DNA of 64,000 bases from Octopus bimaculoides (GCF_001194135.2 NC_068987.1:60448354-60512353), one strand, 5' to 3'. Shown: positions 39,291-50,987, counted from the first letter of the stretch. Notes: generated from the sequence alone by a model not told the origin. Program-made: numbers and translations.

Positions 39291-39458
39291 GTGTAGTATA
39301 TTGCCACTTAAGTGTGGCTGACCCCTAGGGGTGGATGTTACTGTTGCTTTTAGCCCCAGGAGGACTAAGCCAGCTGGAGGAGATGTCCTCCTGGGGCTAA
39401 AAGCAACAGTAACATCCACCCCTAAGGGTCAGCCACACTTAAGTGGCAATATACTACA

Positions 39459-39459
<1 letters not shown>
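39291..39459. repeat. Near-perfect palindrome: 75-bp arms, 1 mismatch, 19-nt spacer
   Basis: 39291-39365 is the reverse complement of 39385-39459 except CCCCT vs CCCTT. Confidence 0.95.
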
Positions 39460-39491
<32 letters not shown>

Positions 39492-39499
39492 CATTATTA

Positions 39500-39885
39500 T
39501 TAATATTATTGTTCAACATTTGATAGTTTCAGGTAATTTTCTACTGCATCACCTGCTACACTTCCATGTTGCTAGGGTGTGTACAGCATTGTGTTCTTTT
39601 TTATTCTTGGGAGTGTGCAAAGTCTTCGTGGTATTGTATTGTGTCAGTTTCTTTTCTTTTCTTTTTTGAGGTGTGGTGCAGTCTTCTGTTGCATTGGTGT
39701 TGGTATTGTGTGTTGTGTGTGTAATGTGTTGGGTATCCAGCATGCTGGTAGTAGTTTATTTCATTGGGTACTTGCAGTATAGAGTGTGTCTTGTGTTTGT
39801 GGATTGTTTTGTTTTGTTTAGGTTGTATTATTGAATTGATAGTGTCTTGCATAGGATGTAGGCTGTTCCTAGCAGGTCTTGTTTT
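39500..39885 (-). mobile_element. R4/Dong-like LINE 3' end, second subfamily, (TAA)n tail
   Basis: Minus frame LLGTAYILCKTLSIQ*, then a longer UTR into (TTA)n. Confidence 0.6.
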
Positions 39886-40148
39886 GGATAGTATGTAGTG
39901 TTGTTGTTGTTATTATTATTGGTGTTTCGTCCATCACTACGTTCTGAGTTCAAATTCCCCCAAGGTTGACTTTGTCCTTCATCCTTTCGAGATCGATAAA
40001 TTAAGTACCAGTCAGACACTGGGGTCGATGTGATCATCACATCCCTTCCCCCAAAATGGCTGCCCTTGTAGCAAAATTTGAATCCATTATCATCATCAGC
40101 ATCATCATCCTCATCCTCATTATCATCATCATCATCATCATCATAATG

Positions 40149-40210
<62 letters not shown>

Positions 40211-41149
40211 GTACAAGAAATACACTTCCCAGTAAATCAGAGTTTATGATTATATTATATGTTACATGAGCACATCAGATTTTCAAGTAGAAATTTTATT
40301 TCAATACTGCTTTGCTTATGAAACACCTTGTTTTATTTCTATCAGCTATTTTCTGATTCCTGTTTCTATTTTTTGCCATTTAGTTTTGTATGTGATATCA
40401 TCTACATATATACATACACATANNNNNNNNNNNNNNNNNNNNNNNNNNNNNNNNNNNNNNNNNNNNNNNNNNNNNNNNNNNNNNNNNNNNNNNNNNNNNN
40501 NNNNNNNNNNNNNNNNNNNNNNNNNNNNNNNNNNNNNNNNNNNNNNNNNNNNNNNNNNNNNNNNNNNNNNNNNNNNNNNNNNNNNNNNNNNNNNNNNNNN
40601 NNNNNNNNNNNNNNNNNNNNNNNNNNNNNNNNNNNNNNNNNNNNNNNNNNNNNNNNNNNNNNNNNNNNNNNNNNNNNNNNNNNNNNNNNNNNNNNNNNNN
40701 NNNNNNNNNNNNNNNNNNNNNNNNNNNNNNNNNNNNNNNNNNNNNNNNNNNNNNNNNNNNNNNNNNNNNNNNNNNNNNNNNNNNNNNNNNNNNNNNNNNN
40801 NNNNNNNNNNNNNNNNNNNNNNNNNNNNNNNNNNNNNNNNNNNNNATATATAAATATATGCATGTGGTATTTCTCTGTTTGTGTGTATGTTAAATGATTA
40901 CGTGTGTGCATGTGTGTAAGTATCTGTAGTTAACAGACACTCAGCAATAATGCAGGTGCATCATTGAATTACAAATGTTCCATAAGAGAACATATTAGTT
41001 TAGTTATGATGCATAACAAACTGTCATACGTTGTTTCACTATACAAGTATAATAATAAATGTGTTCACTCATGTCTAAACATTTGCTCTGACACATGTAA
41101 CCTTGTATGTCTAATGAGCAATATATGAATTTAGATGTAATAGTTTCTT

Positions 41150-42245
41150 CATTGAAGTGGTAAGCTGGTAGAATCGTTAGAATGCCAGACAAAATGCATA
41201 GCAGCATTTCATCCGTCTTTATGTTCCGAGTTCAAATTCTGTCAAGGTTGACTTGATCACTGGGGTCAATGTATTTGATTTAATCCCTCCCCCAAACTTC
41301 TTGGTTTTGTGCCAAAATTTGAAACCAATATATAAGGTGGTAAGCTGACTGTGTTGTTAGCAATATTGGGTAAAATGCTTAGCGGTATTTTGTTCATCTT
41401 CACATTCTGAGTTCCAATGCCAGGTCAGTAAAACAAATACCAGTTGAATACTGGGGTCAACGTAATCGACTTCACCCCACCCTTGAAATTGTTGACCTTG
41501 TGCCAAAATGTGAAACCAACAAATGAATTCAGATATATTAGTCTCTTTATTAACATTAAAGTGGTGAGCCTGCAGAATCATTAGCATGCCGAGCAAAACG
41601 CTGAGTGACATTTCGTCTGTCTTTATATTCTAAGTTCAAATTCCATCTAGGTTGACTTTGCCTTTCATCCTTTCGGGATTATCAAAATAAGTACCAGTTG
41701 AGCAGTGGGCTCAACGTAGTCGACTTAATCACTTTCCTCAACTTATTGGTTTTGTGCTAAAATTTGAAACCAACATTAGTTTCTTCATCATATCAACAGA
41801 CAAGTACCATTGTTAGAAATGAGTCACATGGAAACCCAAAGTACCCATTTTCAGCCATGTAGCAGTACTAATAACGGCTTTTGATTTAAAAATAATCTCT
41901 GATTTAGGTTCAAAGCCAGCAGTTTTGAGGTGATGGTGTTAGTTGATACTGTCAACCAAGTACTTGACTGGTATTGTATTTTATCAACCCTTGAGGGTTG
42001 AAAAGCTGAAGGCATCTAACCTATTATTGACATAGTCACAAGGCCAACAATTTTTCCGGAAGAGAGTTAGTAGCATTGACTGCAGTACTTGACAAGTGCT
42101 TTATTATATCTGCCACAAAAGAATGAAAGGTAAAGTTGATTTTTGCTGGTGAAAAGCAGCTACAAAAACTACAAAAGCAATTATTCAAACACTCTAATGA
42201 TTGTGCCAGCTTGCCACCATACATAGCAGAACTAATTATAAACAT
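41150..42245. mobile_element. Three family A SINEs on + (41150-41780) followed by decayed minus copies (41900-42245)
   Basis: Family A motifs in both orientations. Confidence 0.75.
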
Positions 42246-42974
42246 TGATTATAAACATTGATCCTATTTACATCCTCATTTATTTTGCTTTGCTAAGTGA
42301 AAACTTTATAAACTTGACAATTGACAAATTTCTGTCAATAGTGTTAGTTAAATTAAAGAAAAGAAATGAGTGGAAGATTGAAGGAACAAAGTATTTTTCC
42401 CTCCTTGCTCCTCTGAGCATTTGTATTTCTTGATTTATTTTTATCCAGCATTAACCATTTTGTCCAATGCATTAATGATGCAGTGTTTTGTACTTTGCAG
42501 TCTTCCCAGCAATTTCTTTGTTAACACTTCCACCAGTTTGATAATCTATATATGGAATGCAAAGCATCTCTCTATAAATTTTTATTTCTAAAGCTATATG
42601 CTTTTCTTCACCTTCACTATTCTAAAGTTCATGATTTGCACTTCCTGAAGAAATGCTAGTGTGTCACAGAAATTTTCCCAAAAATGCTTGGTAACCTGCT
42701 CCCAACAGTTTGAAAATCTGAAGTAATGTAGAACAAAATGACCCACTAAGAAATACAATCAAATTACAAACACGAACTGCGATGACATACAGTCTTGTTA
42801 TCAGATATCTTAACTACTCTATGTTTTCCTAACCTTTATATACTAGTCAAGCATAAAATTCTTTAATTAAAGTCAAATTGAAATTCTGATGTTCAGTCTT
42901 TCTTTTGGTTCTTCATAGTTATGAAATCATTTCCTTTTCTGTTTTTTAAGATTCTGAATCATCACAATCAGGTC

Positions 42975-43165
42975 AAATCAGATATGGGGGCACTACCACT
43001 GCTGTACATCACAGCATCCACCATCTTTTGGTATTTACTTTGGTCACCCTAGGCAACCCTCCAAGCAATGTCTCAGTCAGTTCCCATCCATATGAAATAC
43101 TTCCTCATCTGCCATAACCATGAGGCATGTGGCTGACCAACACAAGCTACCACCTCAGTCTGATC
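42975..43165 (-). mobile_element. Probable RTE-type LINE 3' end
   Basis: Minus frame VGQPHASWLWQMRKYF..IAWRVA..KMVDAV, ending in 'tgatttgacctga'. Confidence 0.4.
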
Positions 43166-43424
43166 CTCAGAGGGGAAATTATCATAATCACCTCACTAAT
43201 AATTATCAACCCCTGAGGGTTGAAAAGCTAATTCTTTCTTCTCCACAAGGCCTAAAATTTTGTGTGAAAGGTAGTCAAATTACATGGATCCCAGTGATCA
43301 ACTGGTATTTATTTTATTGACCTCAAAAGGATGAAAGACAAAGTCAACCTTGGTGGCATTTAAACTCTGAACATAAAGTCAGAAGGAATGTCATGCTAAT
43401 GATTGTACCTGCTAGCTACCTTAC

Positions 43425-43459
<35 letters not shown>

Positions 43460-43582
43460 TCATCACCACCACCACCACCACTACTACCACCACTACGACT
43501 ACTACTACTACTAATAATAATAATAATGATGATGATGATGATGATGATGATGATAATGATAATAATAATATCAATAATAATA

Positions 43583-44128
43583 AACGCCCTGATGCAGTAC
43601 CAGGCAGTGGCTCTCATGGCTTCTGATCTTAACTGATTGGCAGTGATATCATGTACATGTTTTGTCTTGGTATAAAAGGTGGGCTACAGCAAATATCCTG
43701 CTCAATACCACAGATTTGCTTGTCAGTTGTTTGACCATAACCAGTTGAGCATGTCCCTTGGTGGTTGATGATATGTGCATCTCTGATCATGAGCAGCAGT
43801 AGTAGGGGAGCATCATAGCCATATGTTGAGAGGTATTCTTTGGGGTTTGAATAATTCACTTCTGGAAACATGGGTGTTTTGTTCAACATCCTTAACAAAC
43901 CCTTATTCAGGGACCTTTTGAGTGTGATGAGCTACTCGGCCTGAAGAAAATTCTAACTAGGCCCCACCTGCAAGGTCATGTGCTGTTTATCTTGATATGA
44001 GATCACCATGTCGCACACATATGGTTGTGAAGCATCTGCCTGGTGTACTCTTATCAGATGGGTATACTGGGCTTCATATATTTGTACCCCAGCGTCACAT
44101 TGATGGCATGCACTGCTCTCTCACTCAA
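43583..44128 (+). mobile_element. Family G ~540-bp non-coding retroposon between (TAA)n tracts
   Basis: Colinear with 25868-26403 (reverse complement) and 36428-36545. Ends ctctctcactcAATAATAAT. Confidence 0.85.
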
Positions 44129-44179
44129 TAATAATAATAATAATAATAATAATATAAATAGCACTACTCATCATCATCA

Positions 44180-44480
44180 TCATCATCGTTTAACGTCCGC
44201 TTTCCATGCTAGCATGAGTTGGACGATTTGACTGAGGACTGGTGAAACCAGATGGCTACACCAGGCTCCAATCTGATTTGGCAGAGTTTCTACAGCTGGA
44301 TGCCCTTCCTAACGCCAACCACTCCGAGAGTGTTGTGGGTGCTTTTACATGCCACCGGCACGAAGGCCAGTCAGGCGGTACTGGTAACGGCCATGCTCAA
44401 AATGGTGTATTTTATGTGCCACCCGCACAAGAGCCAGTCCAGGGGCACTGGCAATGATCTCGCTTGAAAGTCCTTACACA
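44180..44480 (-). mobile_element. Family D retroposon
   Basis: 'cgtttaacgtccgctttccatgctagcatg..tttctacagctggatgcccttcctaacgccaacc'. Confidence 0.85.
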
Positions 44481-44481
44481 T

Positions 44482-44645
44482 GCCACGGGCAGCACTACTC
44501 AGCACCGCACACATCCTACGTAAAACTCTTTCAATACAATAAAAATAAGAGCACCACAACAAACCACAGCATATACCTAAGGCACACAGAGTTGCGCTCA
44601 GGAGTGCAGTGAAAGTACATGATAAAAATAAGACTACTGAATAAT
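44482..44645 (+). mobile_element. R4/Dong-like LINE 3' end
   Basis: Reverse complement of 15821-15965 (LLSTAHILRKTLSIQ* plus UTR ending tactgaataa). Confidence 0.75.
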
Positions 44646-46519
44646 GATGATGATGAGGAGGAGGAGGAGGAAGATGATCAATAACAACTCAAACATTATC
44701 ATTACTATCGCCCTCATCAGTAACTTCAGAGCACTTTAAGAGAATTTGAACTCTTAATGCTCAAGACCGTCATCCATTTTCCTTAAGTAATGATTAACGG
44801 AAAAAAAAAAAACAAAGGCGTCAAATTTTCACTTTAATATCATGGCTTGCCTCATGACAAATCAATTCTATAAAAAAATATTTCCAATAATTGGAATATT
44901 TGATTCTTTGACCCAGTCTAGACACTTTACCATACCATAAACTTAGTAATTAAGTATCTCTTACAATTGACTATGTTGTCATTTTACCAAGGTTAAATTG
45001 CTTTGCTTTCTAATTTTCAGCTTGTCTGATCTAATCATATAATTAAAGATAATTTGCAATTAATTCTCACTGCATTAATTATTGTAATATGTTCCAGATG
45101 TAAATTTTAACACTCAACTAATTTAACTGTGAATGAATTAAAAAAGGATTTTGGATTATATACTGAAGACTACATGACTATGTGTGCACATGTATGCCTA
45201 TGTATATAGATATATATACATATATGAGTATGTGTGTGTATGTATGCATGCGTTTATGTATGCATGTGTGTATGTATGTATATATGTATGTTTGTATGTA
45301 TGCGTGCATGTATGTATACACATACAGAGAAAGAGTGAGAGAGAGAGAGAAATGTAACAAATATTTACATTTCATCCATATATATATATATATATATAGT
45401 ATTCATAGCCACTTTAACATGGCTGTCCATTCAAGTGGACTGTACTGTGATTTTTTAACCCCAAGTGGACATCTCCTCTAGCTGGTCAATGATGCACAGC
45501 TGCATCGGATATATATATATATANNNNNNNNNNNNNNNNNNNNNNNNNNNNNNNNNNNNNNNNNNNNNNNNNNNNNNNNNNNNNNNNNNNNNNNNNNNNN
45601 NNNNNNNNNNNNNNNNNNNNNNNNNNNNNNNNNNNNNNNNNNNNNNNNNNNNNNNNNNNNNNNNNNNNNNNNNNNNNNNNNNNNNNNNNNNNNNNNNNNN
45701 NNNNNNNNNNNNNNNNNNNNNNNNNNNNNNNNNNNNNNNNNNNNNNNNNNNNNNNNNNNNNNNNNNNNNNNNNNNNNNNNNNNNNNNNNNNNNNNNNNNN
45801 NNNNNNNNNNNNNNNNNNNNNNNNNNNNNNNNNNNNNNNNNNNNNNNNNNNNNNNNNNNNNNNNNNNNNNNNNNNNNNNNNNNNNNNNNNNNNNNNNNNN
45901 NNNNNNNNNNNNNNNNNNNNNNNNNNNNNNNNNNNNNNNNNNNNNNNNNNNNNNNNNNNNNNNNNNNNNNNNNNNNNNNNNNNNNNNNNNNNNNNNNNNN
46001 NNNNNNNNNNNNNNNNNNNNNNNNNNNNNNNNNNNNNNNNNNNNNNNNNNNNNNNNNNNNNNNNNNNNNNNNNNNNNNNNNNNNNNNNNNNNNNNNNNNN
46101 NNNNNNNNNNNNNNNNNNNNNNNNNNNNNNNNNNNNNNNNNNNNNNNNNNNNNNNNNNNNNNNNNNNNNNNNNNNNNNNNNNNNNNNNNNNNNNNNNNNN
46201 NNNNNNNNNNNNNNNNNNNNNNNNNNNNNNNNNNNNNNNNNNNNNNNNNNNNNNNNNNNNNNNNNNNNNNNNNNNNNNNNNNNNNNNNNNNATATATATA
46301 TATGCATATGATTTGATATGATACAAAGGCTATCAACTTGTTAATTGAATATGACAGAGTACATGCACATTTGCACCAAACGTTTTAAAAACCAACAATA
46401 TATAGAGCTGAAAATTTACAGTTTAAAATTACCAGAAGACGATTAGGGATGGTCAACACGTTGTGTGACTAAACGTGACACTTTAGTCCAGCAAGAGATA
46501 TACAAATTTTTTCTCACAG

Positions 46520-46573
46520 ATAACATGAAAATATTTGATTTCAGTGTAAAGACTGCTGCAAATTTTTATCGTG
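46520..46573 (+). CDS. Candidate 54-nt symmetric exon (phase 1->1), (D)NMKIFDFSVKTAANFYR
   Basis: Acceptor ttttttctcacAG and donor GTG|GTATTT. Unique sequence. Confidence 0.25.
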
Positions 46574-46845
46574 GTATTTCATGTGTTTTGTCAACCCAAA
46601 TTTACATGCATAAATACATACATGCGTGTATTATTTACTTATGTATAAGAAACACTATTTTATAATTGATTTTAACTGAAAAATGAAAATGTGGTGTGAC
46701 CTGTACAGAAGTAAATATAGAGTTGTCTTATCAGCATTATGTGCCTCTGGAAAAATCAGTGCTTTGGGTCCTATAGCATTTATTTATTCATTGACAGCAA
46801 AGCACAAAAAATATATATATATAGTAACTATACATCGAGTAGTAT

Positions 46846-46885
<40 letters not shown>

Positions 46886-46927
46886 GTTACATCAACAGAC
46901 ATATATATATATATATACACACACATC

Positions 46928-46968
<41 letters not shown>

Positions 46969-47914
46969 AGTCTAATGATTGCCTATATGGCTAAGTGTTT
47001 TATAGGTGCAACACCAATGGTCACTCTTTGACCAGCCATAACAACCAACTTCCTAAAAATATATATTATGCGTACATACATATANNNNNNNNNNNNNNNN
47101 NNNNNNNNNNNNNNNNNNNNNNNNNNNNNNNNNNNNNNNNNNNNNNNNNNNNNNNNNNNNNNNNNNNNNNNNNNNNNNNNNNNNNNNNNNNNNNNNNNNN
47201 NNNNNNNNNNNNNNNNNNNNNNNNNNNNNNNNNNNNNNNNNNNNNNNNNNNNNNNNNNNNNNNNNNNNNNNNNNNNNNNNNNNNNNNNNNNNNNNNNNNN
47301 NNNNNNNNNNNNNNNNNNNNNNNNNNNNNNNNNNNNNNNNNNNNNNNNNNNNNNNNNNNNNNNNNNNNNNNNNNNNNNNNNNNNNNNNNNNNNNNNNNNN
47401 NNNNNNNNNNNNNNNATATATATATATATATATATATATGTGAGAAAAAAGATGACGAAAGAATAAACGATTATCTTATGAACTTCATTAGCTTACTGCT
47501 GTTTCTGCTATAAGGTGCAGTGGACTCCTAGTTGAGTGCCTGAATAACTCCTTATAGCTGCATCAGAGTCTCAAACAAGAAGGGCAATTTATTTATATAG
47601 CATAGGAATAGGTGCAAGTGTGGCTGTGAGGTAAGAAACTTGCTTCTCAACCACATGGATCCAGGTTTAGTCCCACTGCATGGAACCTTGGGTAAGTGTC
47701 TTCTGTGCAAGCTTCAGGCTATCCAAACTCTTGTTAGTGGATTTGGTAGACAGAAACTGAAAAAAAGCTGTCATTTGTATATGTGGTTGTGTGTGTGTGT
47801 GTGAGACTGTGTCTGTAAGCCATCAAAGAATCCGTAAGTTAGGAAAAATGCACTTGTATATCTGTCAGTAGAGTGGGTGTATTAATCAGAATATACAGTA
47901 TTATATATATCCAT

Positions 47915-47966
47915 TACAGCTAATCTTACCAGTCAGTTTCACACTATGTAACCATGCACTCATCAG
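47915..47966 (-). ncRNA. Inverted, loop-II-deleted hammerhead ribozyme copy (decayed)
   Basis: Minus strand CTGATGA-gtgcatggttacatagtgt-GAAA-ctgactg-GTA-agattagctgtaatgg. The 5' strand of stem I is replaced by the inversion junction. Confidence 0.55.
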
Positions 47967-47968
47967 AT

Positions 47969-48074
47969 TCCATAATGGCTACCTCTGATGAGTGCAGGGT
48001 TACATAATCGGACTGTCACCTAACACTGTTGAACCCCTTGTATGAAACCAATTGGTAAAATCAGCTGTAATGGA
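47969..48074 (+). ncRNA. Type I hammerhead ribozyme motif (Penelope-like element/retrozyme type)
   Basis: Stem I 5' tccataatggctacct, CTGATGA at 47985-91, stem II gtgcagggtt/aaccccttgtat, GAAA at 48044-47, palindromic stem III ACCAATTGGT at 48047-56, cleavage triplet GTA ending 48057, stem I 3' aaatcagctgtaatgga. Confidence 0.75.
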
Positions 48075-48592
48075 TATATAATACTGTACACTTTGATTAG
48101 TATATGTGCATGTGAGTGTATGTGTGTGTGTGTGTGTGTGCATGTCTTTGTGTCTGTGTTTGTCCCTCCACCATCACTTGACAACCGATGTTGGTGTGTT
48201 TACATCCCTGTAACTTAGCAGTTCAGCAAAAGGAACTGATAGAATAAGTACCAGGCTTTACAAATAAATAATAAGTACCGGAGTTGATTTATTCCACTAA
48301 ATTTTTTCAAGGCAGTACCCCAGCATGGTGGCAGTTTAATAAGTGAAACAAGTAAAAGATAAAGAATATAAAACGTGAAAGAAAAGGAATTATATCAGAC
48401 ATATATTTCAGATTAAGTCTGGAATAGTTTCGTTTTTTATTACTGTTTTTATTTTCCAGTACACTTCACTCATTTATTCAATTTACATATCACTTGAAAA
48501 AGTTTAAAAGATACATTGATTTCAATGTTTTATTTATGTATTAATTACTATATGTTTCCTAATTTCATTAATATCTTCTTGAAATGATAAAG

Positions 48593-48665
48593 AATCCTCA
48601 TGTATTTTACATATTATAATTTCATTTTAATTTATATATTTCTTTTTCTTTCTTTGCAGGTGAGT
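48593..48665 (+). promoter_or_regulatory. Candidate recursive splice site (3'ss directly followed by 5'ss) at 48659|48660
   Basis: 65-nt AG-free zone, tract tttctttttctttcttt, then gcAG|GTGAGT. Confidence 0.6.
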
Positions 48666-48829
48666 ATTTATACCTGTGTGTATATCTAAATATATATATA
48701 TATCATTAAAGAACTTGGTAAGATAAGGATTTTTCAATTCGTTTTTTTTTTTTTTATATTTTTATATTAATATGTATGCATACTGTTATTTACAGTCTAT
48801 ATTCATTTAGCTAATATCACAACTTCCCT

Positions 48830-49315
48830 AAGGAGGTGAGCTGCTAGAATCGTTAACACACCAAACAAAATGCTTAGTGACATTTCATCCATCTTTACAT
48901 CCTGAGTTCAAATTTCACTGCCACTTGAAAAGCACCTATGCTGGTGCTGCATAAATATGCCCGTGCTGGAGTTGTGTAAACACACCCATGCTGGTGGCAC
49001 ATAAAAAGCACCTAGCACACTCATTTAAGTAATTGACATTAGGAAGAACATCCAACCATAGAAACCATGCCACAACAGACAACTGGAGTCTGGACAGCTC
49101 TCTGCTAGCTGGCTCCATGTTAAACTGTCCAACTCATGTCTGTATGAAAAGCAGACATTAAACAATGATGATGATGGTGATGATGATGTTGACTTTGCCT
49201 TTCATCCTTTCAGGGTTGATAAAATAAGTACCAGTTCAGCGCTGGGGCCGATGTCATCAACTTATCTCCTCCCCCAAAGTTTCTGGCCTTGTGCCAAAAT
49301 TTGAAACCAATATGT
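48830..49315 (+). mobile_element. Family A SINE interrupted by a family D element (~48930-49185)
   Basis: Family A head stops at 'ttcaaatttcactg'. The family A body resumes 'gttgactttgcctttcatcc' at ~49188. Confidence 0.75.
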
Positions 49316-49437
49316 TTATTTATCCTACACAATAATGTGAATACATAGACCCAACAGCTTGATCTCTCACTCATTAGAAGTACCTATGAATGGCTGGTCA
49401 GATCTGTTCTTTTGAGGATGAGTGGAGAAATAATTGT

Positions 49438-49680
49438 GAAAGTGTGTGGCCAAGTGGTTAGGGTTTTGGACTCATGATTGGAAAATTGCAGTTTCAATTC
49501 TTGAACCAGGTGATGCACTGTGTTTTTCAGCAAAACACTTAATTTCCCATTGCTCCAGTTCACTCAGCTGGAAAAATTAGTAATCCTGTGACTGACCAGA
49601 ATCCTGTTCTGGAGGTAAATATATCTATGCTATGGAGACCAGGAAACAGGGAAACTGGCCTTTATGAGTCCATAGGGCTC
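49438..49680 (+). mobile_element. Family E SINE; further copies at 50105-50425, 63158-63390 and 63400-63630
   Basis: tRNA-like head plus 'ttgagcaa.acact..attgctccagt.cactcagctgg' domain. Confidence 0.75.
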
Positions 49681-49982
49681 AAGAATAAATAATTGAAGAA
49701 GTAATTGATTATGTCAGCTCTCAGTAACTCACTGATACTATTTTATAAACTCTGCAAAGATGGAAAATAAAGTGAATCTGATCAAGACTTGAACTCAGTG
49801 TGTATATAGCAGTAACTAGATACCACAAGGCACTTCGCTTAACTCCCTATAAATTTAACCAAACATGTGCTTTAAAATAACACTAAAATCTTAAATATAT
49901 ATGTATATATATATAGATACATATATATATATATATACGTATCTATATATAAACATCATCATCATCATCATCATCGTTTAAC

Positions 49983-50080
49983 ATCTTACCAATCAGTTTC
50001 ACACTAGGGGTTCAATAGGGTGTTAGGTAACAGTCTGATTATGTTTCACTGTGCTTTTCAGAGGTTGCCATCACAGAATG
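49983..50080 (-). ncRNA. Third hammerhead-family copy with mutated core (CTGAAAA)
   Basis: Minus strand gatggcaacct-CTGAAAA-gcacag..cataatcagactgttacctaacac..gaacccctagtgt-GAAA-ctgattg-GTA-agat is colinear with 47975-48062. Confidence 0.65.
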
Positions 50081-50604
50081 AAATATGGTGGCATTTAAGT
50101 GAAGGCATTTGATTTAGTATTTAGAGTATTCAACTCACGATCATAAGGTCACAAGTTTTATTCCTGGTGGCATATTCTGTCCTTGAGCAAGACACTTTAT
50201 TTCACATTGCTCCAGTCCACTCAGCTGGCAAAAATAAGTTATATCTGTAATTCATAGGGCCAGCATTATCACATTCTGTGTCATGCTGAATTTCCCCAAG
50301 AACTACATTAAGGGTAAGCATGACTGTGGAGTGCTCAGCCACTTGCATGTTAATTTCATGAGCAGGCTGACCCATTGATCAGACCAACTGAAACCCACAT
50401 CGTTGTAACCAACAGAGTGCCAGTTGAGATGCTCAAACTATGTAATGAAACAGAAGGTTTTAAAATATGCCTTTTGATATGATTTAGTTGACAATAACTG
50501 AAAAAAGCCCACCATAAATATAACACATACCATTTTTTTTTGTTAAAAGCAGGGATAAAATTGTGCAATTTATACACAAGTAAATAATGTATGTATGTAT
50601 GCAT

Positions 50605-50987
50605 GTGTGGAGGCGCAATGGCCCAGTGGTTAGGGCAGCGGACTCGCGGTCATAGGATCGCAGTTTCGATTCCCAGACCGAGCGTTGTGAGTGTTTATTG
50701 AGTGAAAACACCTAAAGCTCCATAAGGCTCCGGCAGGGGATGGTGGCGAACCCTGCTGTACTCTTTCACCACAACTTTCTCTCACTCTTACTTCCTGTTT
50801 CTGTTGTGCCTGTAATTCAAAGGGTCAGCCTTGTCACACTGTGTCATGCTGAATATCCCCGAGAACTACGTTAAGGGTACACGTGTCTGTGGAGTGCTCA
50901 GCCACTTGCACGTTAATTTCACGAGCAGGCTGTTCCGTTGATCAGATCAACTGGAACCCTCAATTTTGTTAGCAATGGAATGCCAAC
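50605..50987 (+). mobile_element. Family B tRNA(Arg)-like SINE (octopus OR-type), full length, inserted in (ATGT)n
   Basis: GGAGGCGCAATGGCCCAGTGGTTAGGGCAGCGGACTCGCGGTC..GTTTCGATTCCC head. ATGTATGTATGTATGCAT is repeated on both flanks. Confidence 0.9.

Larger units (their letters stand above)
47612..48365 (+). mobile_element. Family C SINE split by an insertion (head 47612-47790, tail 48120-48365)
   Basis: Head and tail motifs separated by about 300 bp containing the hammerhead inverted repeat. Confidence 0.75.

Noticed and set aside
39525-39540. Second possible ratchet site ttcAG|GTAATT
   Set aside because: There is no polypyrimidine tract, an AG lies 6 nt upstream, and the site is within a LINE 3' UTR.
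50605-50680. tRNA-Arg-like gene; other tRNA-like heads likewise
   Set aside because: There is no complete cloverleaf or acceptor stem. The head continues into a multi-copy SINE body.
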